Shown here: in pieces, positions 18,160 through 26,589 of the stretch
Position numbering within the stretch: the first letter of the stretch is position 1
How the letters are laid out: the number at the start of each line of letters is the position of its first letter
Assembly: GCA_965224465.1 (NCBI GenBank)
Contig: OZ245049.1
Span: 5,160,001 to 5,192,000, forward strand
Direction: 5' to 3'
Source of the DNA: Flavobacteriaceae bacterium
GTDB taxonomy: Bacteria > Bacteroidota > Bacteroidia > Flavobacteriales > Flavobacteriaceae
Length of the DNA: 32,000 nucleotides
Translations under genes and position numbers: made by a program
Notes under the pieces: generated by a model
Database searches by the model: none
What the model saw: only the letters and a program-made list of their open reading frames with translations
What the model was told of the DNA's origin: nothing

Positions 18160-18327
18160 TAAAAAAAACAAATAATTTGGGATGATGAATTTTTATATGC
18201 AATGTACTCAATCAAAAATAGATTGTATTGTGGTTTACCGTAGTTTTATTTGTTTTATATTAAAACTATCATTTTTAATAAGATACAGTTTTTTGTTATT
18301 GGATGGTTTGCTGCTGAAATTTTATTT

Positions 18328-19092
18328 TTAAAGCATGTTTTTTATCCATCCACCATCTACTGCAAGGGAGGTTCCTGTAATATAACTTGCACGACTACTT
18401 GCCATAAAAACCACGGCTGCAGCAAACTCGTCTGGGTTTCCAAAACGTTGCATAGGGATTTGGTTTGTGATTGTTTGTAATGCGGGGTTTTCTTGCAGTA
18501 ATTTTTTCAAACGATTGGTTTTTGTATAGCCAGGCATCACATTATTTACGGTAATATTATCTGTTGCGAGTTCGTTAGAAAGTGTTTTCATAAGTCCTAC
18601 AACTGCGGCTCTCATAGCGTTAGATAGCATTAGATTGTCTATAGGCTGTTTTACAGAAATAGAACTGATGGTTATAATGCGGCCCCATTTTCGTTCTTTC
18701 ATGCCTGGGAGAACTGCATGTATCAAAGAGATGGTACTTGCCAATAGCAATTCAAACGATTGCCTCCAATCTTCTAAGTTAAGGGATTCGAAATTACCTG
18801 TAGGAGGACCTCCTGTATTGGTTACAAGTACATCAATTCTTCCGTATTTTTTGAAGATACTAGCTAAAATATGTTGACGGTCTTTTTCTATAGATAAATC
18901 ACCAGCAATAGAAAATACATCTCCATTTCCAACCTGTATAATTTCTTGTTTTGTTGTTTCTAGTGTTTTTAGATTTCTTCCGCAAATAGCTACTGTAGCA
19001 CCTTCTTTCGCAAATTCTATGGCGGTAGCTTTTCCTAATCCTTGGCTAGAAGCAGCAACAAATATTATTTTATTATGTAACCCTAAATCCAT
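18328..19092 (-). CDS. Short-chain dehydrogenase/reductase family protein (FabG-like fold, atypical catalytic residues)
   Basis: 254 aa with a Rossmann N-terminus (IIFVAASSQGLGKA), NTGG in place of NNAG, and the C-terminal ITGTSLAVDGGW motif typical of SDRs. Confidence 0.85.
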   Translation of the reverse strand: MDLGLHNKIIFVAASSQGLGKATAIEFAKEGATVAICGRNLKTLETTKQEIIQVGNGDVFSIAGDLSIEKDRQHILASIFKKYGRIDVLVTNTGGPPTGNFESLNLEDWRQSFELLLASTISLIHAVLPGMKERKWGRIITISSISVKQPIDNLMLSNAMRAAVVGLMKTLSNELATDNITVNNVMPGYTKTNRLKKLLQENPALQTITNQIPMQRFGNPDEFAAAVVFMASSRASYITGTSLAVDGGWIKNML

Positions 19093-19218
19093 TTTTTAAG
19101 CGTTTTTTTAAATGATGTACAATGTGATTATTAACTAGGTGTAAATATCGATTCAATCCTTTATTGAAGAGATTAATACCAACTAAATTTCCAAGTGCCG
19201 GTTTACAAATGGAATATT

Positions 19219-19740
19219 TTATATTAATTTTCTTACTTCTGTTTTTATAAATCTAAGAGCGCTGTTACTTGCTGCGGGTTCTTTGATCGTACCTGTAAGA
19301 ATATGCTCTCTTAATTGTTGAGCATCTGTTATATTTGTATTAGAATCAGCATCTTTCACAAGTTTAATAATAGAATTTTTTGCTGTTAAAATTAGTCCCC
19401 AGCATTCGTCAGAAATATATATTTGTTGCACCAAATTATGTTCGTATTCTTGCTGTATGGTCGCAATAACAATTGCAGTATAGTTATGCTTGTCAGTAGA
19501 AGAGGGGGTTATTCTTGTGAGTAATTTTGACGGGTCTATACGTTCTAAAAAGAGTGTCATGCGTTCATATGCTTGGAGTTTTAAGGGGAGTCCTTCTCTA
19601 GAAGTTATACTCTTGGCTTCTACAAGCATTCGTTTTTCTGCGTGAGTTAAAAATTTTTTGATGACAAATGCTGCCGTACATCCGGTAACGATGGCAGGAA
19701 GAGTATAAGATAAAGCACTGTATAGCAATTCTGTGTTCAT
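19219..19740 (-). CDS. Hypothetical protein with one N-terminal transmembrane helix
   Basis: ORF of 182 aa from 19767; ATG 19740 (MNTELLYSALSYTLPAIVTGCTAAFVI...) is the more likely start. I recognise no motif. Coding is supported by length and by the absence of a competing frame. Confidence 0.5.
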   Translation of the reverse strand: MNTELLYSALSYTLPAIVTGCTAAFVIKKFLTHAEKRMLVEAKSITSREGLPLKLQAYERMTLFLERIDPSKLLTRITPSSTDKHNYTAIVIATIQQEYEHNLVQQIYISDECWGLILTAKNSIIKLVKDADSNTNITDAQQLREHILTGTIKEPAASNSALRFIKTEVRKLI

Positions 19741-20093
19741 GGGATAAGTTTTTGTCAAAAATATCACTTTTTTTAATCAATTTAACATTTTTGAGTGATT
19801 GATATACGCTATTTGTGAATCGATTTTGTCCCTAAAACATTTCTGTTGGCGTGTCATAGTTTTGTAAAGGTGCGATAAAACAGAGCGACGCTGTTGTAGA
19901 AATTCTTATATTAAGTGCTTTATATATTTAGTATGATAGATTTAACGGATAAATAAAAAGTTTTTTAGGGTAGTAATCAAGTATGTATACTGTCTTAATT
20001 GTAATTATATGAAAGAAGCTTTCTGATAGGGACTTTAAAACTTGCTTAGAAAGTCTAAAAGGTCGTTATTTGTGGACTTTCCAAATTAAACTC

Positions 20094-21335
20094 ATGGGTA
20101 TTATAAATAAAATAGATAAAATAAAATTAAAATTGTGTCTCACCTTGTTCGTTTTTTCAGCGGTATATGGTTTGTTGATGCGTTTACAGGTGATTCATCC
20201 TATTTTTGAATTGGATTACACCAACGTATTGCAGAGTCATTCTCATGTTGCTTTTTTAGGTTGGGGGTTTTTAACGACGCTTATAGCCTTACAATATGTA
20301 TTTTTAGACGCCAATCAACGAAAAAAGAAGCTTTATCAGATCACCTTTTGGAGTATGTTTATGGCAATTACTTTGATGTTGGCAAGTTTTGCTTTAAGTG
20401 GTTATAAAGTGTTTTCGATTGTTTTATTGACTGTTTTTGGAATAAGTTCATATATTTATTGTATTGAAATGCTCAAAGACTTAAAGAAAGATACAGAACA
20501 TCTTATATCTTCTAAATTTGCAAGAACAAGCATTTATTATTACCTGTTATCTAGTTTAGCAACATGGTTTATTGGCTACGTTTCTGTTACACAAGGGAAG
20601 ACGGATTTATATTATAATTCGATATATTTTTATTTACATTTCTTGTATAACGGATTTTTTGTGTTTGCACTTTTTGGAGTGTTCTTTAAAATGCTACGTA
20701 AAAAAAGCATGCTTATATCACAGCGACGTATCAAACATTTTTATTATTATACAAACATCGCTTGTATCCCTGCATTTGCCTTGTCTATTCTGTGGAGTAA
20801 TGTGCATTTTGGGTTTCATATAATTGGAGGAATAGCAGCTGTTGTACAATTGATAGGACTGGTGTATTTACTGGTGATTATAAAACAAACATTTGTACGT
20901 TATAGTTTGAGTAATTATTCACGTATATTATTAATGACAGTGATTGTATCTTACGGACTCAAGTTGGTGGCGCAGTTTTTAGCTGCTTTTCCATATATAA
21001 TAACAAAGAGTGTGGAATTAAAACCGTATTTTATCATTGGATATCTACATATGGTTACGATAGGTTTTGTCAGTTTCTTTTTACTCACATTGATTGTGGA
21101 ACTTAGAGGCTATTATTTCAAACCTGTTTTTCCTAAATTTGGATTGAGTTTGTTTTTAGCTGGATTTTTTAGCACAGAATTACTTTTCTTTACGCAAGGT
21201 TTTTTATACATGGTCAAATGGAAACCAATAGGTTCTTACCTGTTATTGGTTTTTGTTGCAAGTGCTATTATGGTTTTAGGGATCCTATTATTATGGGGGT
21301 TTCAGTTGTTTTCAAGGCCTAAAAAAATGCCTTAA
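20094..21335 (+). CDS. Polytopic inner-membrane protein (about 12 TM) with conserved-looking His motifs; function unknown
   Basis: The 421-aa track ORF starts at TTG 20070; ATG 20094 is likelier. Hydrophobic helices run throughout. Intramembrane His motifs are QSHSHVAFLGWGF, YFYLHFLYNGFF, HFGFHIIGG and GYLHMVTIGF, a pattern that loosely recalls NnrS-type or heme/copper-binding membrane proteins. Confidence 0.6.
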   Translation: MGIINKIDKIKLKLCLTLFVFSAVYGLLMRLQVIHPIFELDYTNVLQSHSHVAFLGWGFLTTLIALQYVFLDANQRKKKLYQITFWSMFMAITLMLASFALSGYKVFSIVLLTVFGISSYIYCIEMLKDLKKDTEHLISSKFARTSIYYYLLSSLATWFIGYVSVTQGKTDLYYNSIYFYLHFLYNGFFVFALFGVFFKMLRKKSMLISQRRIKHFYYYTNIACIPAFALSILWSNVHFGFHIIGGIAAVVQLIGLVYLLVIIKQTFVRYSLSNYSRILLMTVIVSYGLKLVAQFLAAFPYIITKSVELKPYFIIGYLHMVTIGFVSFFLLTLIVELRGYYFKPVFPKFGLSLFLAGFFSTELLFFTQGFLYMVKWKPIGSYLLLVFVASAIMVLGILLLWGFQLFSRPKKMP

Positions 21336-21491
21336 GATAGGTTCTCCATAAATTACTTGTTTTTCGATGTTGTGTGTAGTACTTTTGCAAATAAATGCGC
21401 ACGTGCAATTGTATGTGGAATAGAAAGTGCCAGACGCTGTTGTCGGTACACTTAACTAAGAGGGAGAATTCCCTGCGATTAAATTAAAATT

Positions 21492-23837
21492 GTGTCAAAT
21501 TACTTAGATAGTCTTAACGAATCACAACGAAAAGCGGTACTGCAAATGAATGGTCCTATGATTATTATTGCAGGAGCAGGTTCTGGAAAAACCAGGGTAT
21601 TAACGTATCGGATTGCTTATTTGTTAGAAAAAGGGGTGGATGCCTTTAATATTTTATCATTAACCTTTACCAATAAATCGGCTAAGGAAATGAAACAGCG
21701 TATTATAGATACGGTGGGAAGTGAAGGTAAAAATTTATGGATGGGTACATTCCACTCGGTTTTTGCACGTATTTTACGTTCAGAATCGAGTAGGTTAGGA
21801 TTTCCTTCTAATTTTACGATTTATGATTCGCAAGATTCTGTGCGTCTGATAGGTTCTATTGTTAGAGAAATGCAGTTGGACAAAGATAGATATAAGTCCA
21901 AACAGGTATTGAGTAGAATTTCACAATTCAAAAATAGTTTAATTACTGTAAAAGCCTATTTTGGTAATCCAGAATTGCAGGAGGATGATAAGAAAGCAAG
22001 TCGTCCAAGAATTGGAGATATCTACAAAGAATATGTAGATAGATGTTTTAAAGCTGGAGCAATGGATTTTGATGATTTATTATTGAGAACCAATGAGTTA
22101 CTGGCGCGTTTTCCAGACGTTTTGGCAAAATATCAAGATAGATTTAGATACATCATGGTAGATGAGTATCAAGATACGAATCACTCTCAATATTTGATCG
22201 TAAAAGCATTGGCAGATCGTTTCCAGAATATTTGTGTTGTGGGGGATGACTCTCAGAGTATTTATGCGTTTCGTGGTGCAAATATTCAAAACATCTTAAA
22301 CTTCCAAAAAGATTACAAAGATGTTCGTATGTTTAAGTTGGAACAGAATTACCGATCCTCAGGGAATATAGTGCAAGCTGCAAACAGTGTTATTGATAAA
22401 AATAAAACAAAGATTGAAAAGGATGTTTGGACAGCAAACGATCAAGGAGCTCCTGTAAAAGTTATGCGAACCACTACAGATGGAGAAGAAGGGCGTTTTG
22501 TTGCAGAAAATATTTTCGAAACATCCATGAACGAGCAACTTAAAAGCTCGGATTTTTGTATTTTGTACCGCACCAATTCTCAATCAAGAGCCTTTGAAGA
22601 TGCTTTGAGAAAAAAAGGCATCAAATATAGAATTTATGGAGGACTGTCTTTTTACCAACGAAAAGAAATAAAAGATACCTTGGCATATTTAAGATTGCTT
22701 GTGAATCCAAACGATGAAGAAGCCTTAAAACGTGTAATTAATTATCCGCCAAGAGGGATAGGAGCTACTACAATTGATAAGTTATTGGTAGCAGCCAATC
22801 ACTATAAAAAATCAATTTATGAGATCCTTGAACATATAGATCAAATAGATTTAAAGATTAATGCAGGTACCAAAACAAAGCTGAGAGATTTTGTTACTCT
22901 GATTAAAACTTTTCAAATTGCTGCTGAAACGCGAAACGCTTTTGAAGTAGCAGATTTGGTAGTTAAGAAAACCAAATTAATTAAAGATTTGGATAAAGAA
23001 GGTACACCAGAAGGGATCAGTAAAGTAGAGAATGTTCAGGAATTACTAAATGGTGTAAAGGATTTTATTGTAGATCAAAAAGAAAAAGAAGAGGACGCTT
23101 CTTTGGCATTTTTCTTAGAAGATGTAGCTTTAGCTTCGGATTTAGATGGCGACGGAAAAGATGATGAACCAAGAGTAGCTATGATGACTATTCACATGTC
23201 TAAAGGATTGGAATTTCCGATTGTATATGTAGTAGGCTTGGAAGAAAATTTGTTTCCCTCAGCTATGAGCATGACAAGTAGGGCAGATTTAGAAGAAGAG
23301 AGACGCTTGTTTTACGTTGCTCTTACCCGTGCTGAACGACAAGCATATTTGAGTTATGCACGCAATCGATACCGATGGGGAAAACTGGTAGATTGTGAGC
23401 CTAGTAGGTTTTTAGGAGAAATAGACCAAAAGTATTTGGAATTTATGACTTCAGTATCTGAACCACTGAAAAACAAATATTTGGACGATGATATTTTTGG
23501 AGAATTGGATGTACGAACTAATTATAGCCCAAAACCAAAAATTAGGTTTAAAAAACCTGCACCACGACCATCATCTGCAAAAGGAGAGGTTAAAAGAACA
23601 GTGATGGCAAAAAAAATGCCACCACGAAATTTGAAAAAAGTTATAAAAACAAGCATAGATTTTGATTTTACAAGTGAAATACAAGCAGGACATTTTGTAA
23701 TGCATTCAAAATTTGGAAAAGGGGAAGTTTTAAAGATCGAAGGTGAAGGAGCCAATCAAAAGGCTGAGATTAAATTCCCTGGGGTAGGATGTAAAAAATT
23801 ATTGTTGCAATTTGCCAAACTTAAAATAATAAAATAA
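21492..23837 (+). CDS. uvrD: ATP-dependent DNA helicase, UvrD/PcrA/Rep superfamily 1
   Basis: 781 aa with a GTG start. Motifs are LNESQRKAV, Walker A AGAGSGKT, DEYQDTN, VGDDSQSIYAFRGA, YRS, and the C-terminal TIHMSKGLEF / YVALTRAE. Confidence 0.9.
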   Translation: MSNYLDSLNESQRKAVLQMNGPMIIIAGAGSGKTRVLTYRIAYLLEKGVDAFNILSLTFTNKSAKEMKQRIIDTVGSEGKNLWMGTFHSVFARILRSESSRLGFPSNFTIYDSQDSVRLIGSIVREMQLDKDRYKSKQVLSRISQFKNSLITVKAYFGNPELQEDDKKASRPRIGDIYKEYVDRCFKAGAMDFDDLLLRTNELLARFPDVLAKYQDRFRYIMVDEYQDTNHSQYLIVKALADRFQNICVVGDDSQSIYAFRGANIQNILNFQKDYKDVRMFKLEQNYRSSGNIVQAANSVIDKNKTKIEKDVWTANDQGAPVKVMRTTTDGEEGRFVAENIFETSMNEQLKSSDFCILYRTNSQSRAFEDALRKKGIKYRIYGGLSFYQRKEIKDTLAYLRLLVNPNDEEALKRVINYPPRGIGATTIDKLLVAANHYKKSIYEILEHIDQIDLKINAGTKTKLRDFVTLIKTFQIAAETRNAFEVADLVVKKTKLIKDLDKEGTPEGISKVENVQELLNGVKDFIVDQKEKEEDASLAFFLEDVALASDLDGDGKDDEPRVAMMTIHMSKGLEFPIVYVVGLEENLFPSAMSMTSRADLEEERRLFYVALTRAERQAYLSYARNRYRWGKLVDCEPSRFLGEIDQKYLEFMTSVSEPLKNKYLDDDIFGELDVRTNYSPKPKIRFKKPAPRPSSAKGEVKRTVMAKKMPPRNLKKVIKTSIDFDFTSEIQAGHFVMHSKFGKGEVLKIEGEGANQKAEIKFPGVGCKKLLLQFAKLKIIK

Positions 23838-23893
23838 TAATGAAGTAATGCATTTATTATTGTAATTTGCGTTATAAACAAAGAAATAAGTAC

Positions 23894-24607
23894 ATGAATT
23901 TTGATTTAGAATACAATGCGGAACGCTCAACTTTAATCATTCCAGAATATGGGAGACATATTCAGAAATTAATAAATCATTGTAAGGGTTTAGAAGAGAA
24001 AGAAGAACGTAATAAAATGGCGCGAGCTATTGTTGGGGTGATGGGTAATGTTCAACCGCATTTAAGAGATGTGCCAGATTTTAAGCACAAGCTTTGGGAT
24101 CAATTATTTATTATGGCTGATTTTGAATTGGATGTTGATTCGCCTTACGAAAAACCATCAAGAGAAGAGTTGGCAGAGAAACCCATACATTTAGGATACC
24201 CTAAATTAAGAAGTAAATACCGCTTTTATGGAAATACCATTCAGATAATGATTGAAGAAGCCATAACATGGCCTGAAGATGATAAGCGAGAAGGATTGTA
24301 CTATGCCATAGCAAATCACATGAAAAAATGTTATTTGAATTGGAATAAGGACACTGTTGATGATCGAGTTATTTTTAAACATTTATTAGACTTGTCACAT
24401 GGAAAAATTGATTTAGCACCAAGAGAGGAACCCTTATCGGACAGTAAAAACTTTTTACGAAAAAAGACCAATACGAATCAGAATCATAACAACAACAATA
24501 GTAATAACAACAATAACAACAATCCGAAAGGTGGTCATAAAGGTGGGCAGAAATCTAACAATAATAAGAAAAAGAATTTTTCAAAACGTACGTTTAAACG
24601 TAATTAA
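23894..24607 (+). CDS. DUF4290-type protein (conserved Bacteroidota gene preceding murA) with an Asn/Lys-rich tail
   Basis: MNFDLEYNAERSTLIIPEYGRHIQKLI... The track start TTG 23867 is less likely than ATG 23894. It sits immediately upstream of murA, as in other Bacteroidota. The C-terminus is low-complexity (NNNNSNNNNNNNPKGGHKGGQKSNNNKKKN). Confidence 0.65.
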   Translation: MNFDLEYNAERSTLIIPEYGRHIQKLINHCKGLEEKEERNKMARAIVGVMGNVQPHLRDVPDFKHKLWDQLFIMADFELDVDSPYEKPSREELAEKPIHLGYPKLRSKYRFYGNTIQIMIEEAITWPEDDKREGLYYAIANHMKKCYLNWNKDTVDDRVIFKHLLDLSHGKIDLAPREEPLSDSKNFLRKKTNTNQNHNNNNSNNNNNNNPKGGHKGGQKSNNNKKKNFSKRTFKRN

Positions 24608-24616
24608 CACCTATTA

Positions 24617-25924
24617 ATGGCTACATTTAAAATAGAAGGAGGGCATAAACTTCAAGGTGAAATTACACCACAGGGCGCTAAGAATGAAGCATTACAAGTA
24701 ATTTGTGCAGTTTTATTAACTTCAGAAAAGGTAATTATAGAGAACATTCCGGACATTCGAGATGTAAATAAATTGATTTTTATTTTGGGAGAATTAGGAG
24801 TAAAGATTGAGAAATTATCTTCGCATTCTTATAGTTTTCAAGCCGATGCTGTTAATCTTGATTATTTAGAATCGGAGGAGTTTAAAAGAGATGGAGGTTC
24901 ACTTAGAGGCTCTATTATGATTGTTGGCCCATTATTAGGTCGCTTTGGAAGAGGATTTATTCCAAGACCAGGAGGCGATAAAATAGGGAGACGTAGACTA
25001 GATACACATTTTGAAGGCTTTATCAAACTAGGAGCAAGCTTTAGATATAATAAAGAAGAACATTTTTACGGAGTAGAAGCAAAAGAACTACAGGGGACTT
25101 ATATGTTGCTTGATGAAGCTTCAGTTACAGGAACCGCTAATATTGTATTAGCTGCAACTTTTGCAAAGGGAACTACAACTATTTACAATGCTGCATGTGA
25201 GCCATATATACAGCAACTGTGCGCTATGCTTAATAGTATGGGAGCTAAAATTACCGGAATTGGTTCTAATTTATTATCAATAGAGGGCGTTAAGGAACTA
25301 AAAGGATGTACCCATAGGATACTTCCAGATATGATAGAAATAGGAAGTTGGATTGGAATGGCGGCTATGACACGTTCAGAATTAACGATCAAAGATGTAA
25401 GTTGGGATAATTTAGGACAAATCCCTTCTGTTTTTAGAAAGTTGGGAATTAAATTGGAACGTAGAAACGATGATATTTATATCCCTGCTCAAGAATCTTA
25501 CGAAATTACATCTTATATAGATGGATCTGTACTGACTATTTCGGACGCTCCATGGCCTGGGTTTACTCCAGATTTATTGAGTATTATACTGGTTGTTGCT
25601 ACACAGGCTAAAGGAAATGTATTGATACACCAAAAAATGTTTGAAAGTCGTTTGTTCTTTGTAGATAAACTAATAGATATGGGCGCAAAAGTAATTTTGT
25701 GTGATCCACATCGTGCTACAATTATTGGACATGATTTTCAAAGTATTTTAAAAGCAACGACCATGACTTCTCCAGACATTAGAGCAGGAATTTCTTTGTT
25801 GATTGCTGCATTGTCTGCCAAAGGAACAAGCATCATACACAATATAGAGCAAATTGATCGTGGTTATGAAAATATTGATGAACGTTTGCGTTCTATTGGT
25901 GCTAAGATTGAACGACTTAATTAA
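24617..25924 (+). CDS. murA: UDP-N-acetylglucosamine 1-carboxyvinyltransferase
   Basis: 435 aa with an N-terminus of the form F.I.GG..L.G.I...GAKNEAL, an active-site loop RPGGDKIGRRRLDTH, and a C-terminal IDRGYENIDERLRSIGAKIER. Confidence 0.95.
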   Translation: MATFKIEGGHKLQGEITPQGAKNEALQVICAVLLTSEKVIIENIPDIRDVNKLIFILGELGVKIEKLSSHSYSFQADAVNLDYLESEEFKRDGGSLRGSIMIVGPLLGRFGRGFIPRPGGDKIGRRRLDTHFEGFIKLGASFRYNKEEHFYGVEAKELQGTYMLLDEASVTGTANIVLAATFAKGTTTIYNAACEPYIQQLCAMLNSMGAKITGIGSNLLSIEGVKELKGCTHRILPDMIEIGSWIGMAAMTRSELTIKDVSWDNLGQIPSVFRKLGIKLERRNDDIYIPAQESYEITSYIDGSVLTISDAPWPGFTPDLLSIILVVATQAKGNVLIHQKMFESRLFFVDKLIDMGAKVILCDPHRATIIGHDFQSILKATTMTSPDIRAGISLLIAALSAKGTSIIHNIEQIDRGYENIDERLRSIGAKIERLN

Positions 25925-25975
25925 CATTTAAACAACAACTTTTACGCGTCACTGTTAATGACAGTTTGACACAGA

Positions 25976-26013
25976 TTCACAATTGGCAGTACTTTTGTAT
26001 TGTTAATTGTGAA
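25976..26013. promoter_or_regulatory. Perfect 9-bp inverted repeat bracketing the grpE -7 box (candidate operator)
   Basis: ttcacaatt (25976-25984) and aattgtgaa (26005-26013) are separated by 20 nt. The spacer contains TActTTTG (25990-25997), which ends 36 nt upstream of the grpE ATG. Confidence 0.3.
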
Positions 26014-26033
26014 CTATAACGACCAAGAAAATT

Positions 26034-26579
26034 ATGGCTAAAAATAAAGACATTAAGGACGAGCAAATCGCGAATGAAAATGAAGCCGCAACTCCTAGTG
26101 AAAATACAGAAAAGCAAGAAGAATTAAGCATTGAAGAACAATTGAGTAAAGAGGTAGCACAAGAGAAAGATAAATTTTTACGTTTGTTTGCTGAGTTCGA
26201 AAATTATAAAAAAAGAACATCAAAAGAACGCATCGAATTATATGCAACTGCCAATAAGGAATTAATGACAGTTTTATTGCCAGTTTTGGATGATTTTGAA
26301 AGAGGTTTAAACGAAATTAAAAAAGAAGGTGAAGACAGTGAATTGTTTAAAGGAATGGAATTAATCAAAGGTAAATTTCATAGTATTTTAGAACAAAAAG
26401 GACTGTCTAAAGTAGAGATAAAAGCAGGAGATGCATTTGATGCAGAATTTCATGAAGCCATTACTCAAATTCCTGCTCCTACAGAGGATATGAAAGGGAA
26501 AATTATAGATGTAATAGAACATGGGTATCAATTGGGTTCACGTATTATAAGATACCCAAAAGTTGTAATAGGACAATAG
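26034..26579 (+). CDS. grpE: Nucleotide exchange factor GrpE
   Basis: 181 aa with an acidic N-terminus, then DKFLRLFAEFENYKKR, LLPVLDDFERGL and HEAI...GY.L..R.IR...V. Confidence 0.95.
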   Translation: MAKNKDIKDEQIANENEAATPSENTEKQEELSIEEQLSKEVAQEKDKFLRLFAEFENYKKRTSKERIELYATANKELMTVLLPVLDDFERGLNEIKKEGEDSELFKGMELIKGKFHSILEQKGLSKVEIKAGDAFDAEFHEAITQIPAPTEDMKGKIIDVIEHGYQLGSRIIRYPKVVIGQ

Positions 26580-26589
26580 TCAATAAGAT

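Noticed and set aside
18250-20823. Track ORFs 18250-18480, 18635-18877, 19598-19780 and 20572-20823
   Set aside because: Each overlaps a longer, better-supported gene (the SDR, the 182-aa protein, the 12-TM protein), either on the opposite strand or in another frame. All have Cys/Ile/Phe-rich junk composition.
25925-26033. CIRCE / HrcA operator upstream of grpE
   Set aside because: No TTAGCACTC-N9-GAGTGCTAA-like sequence is present. Only the unrelated TTCACAATT inverted repeat is there, and it is reported separately.
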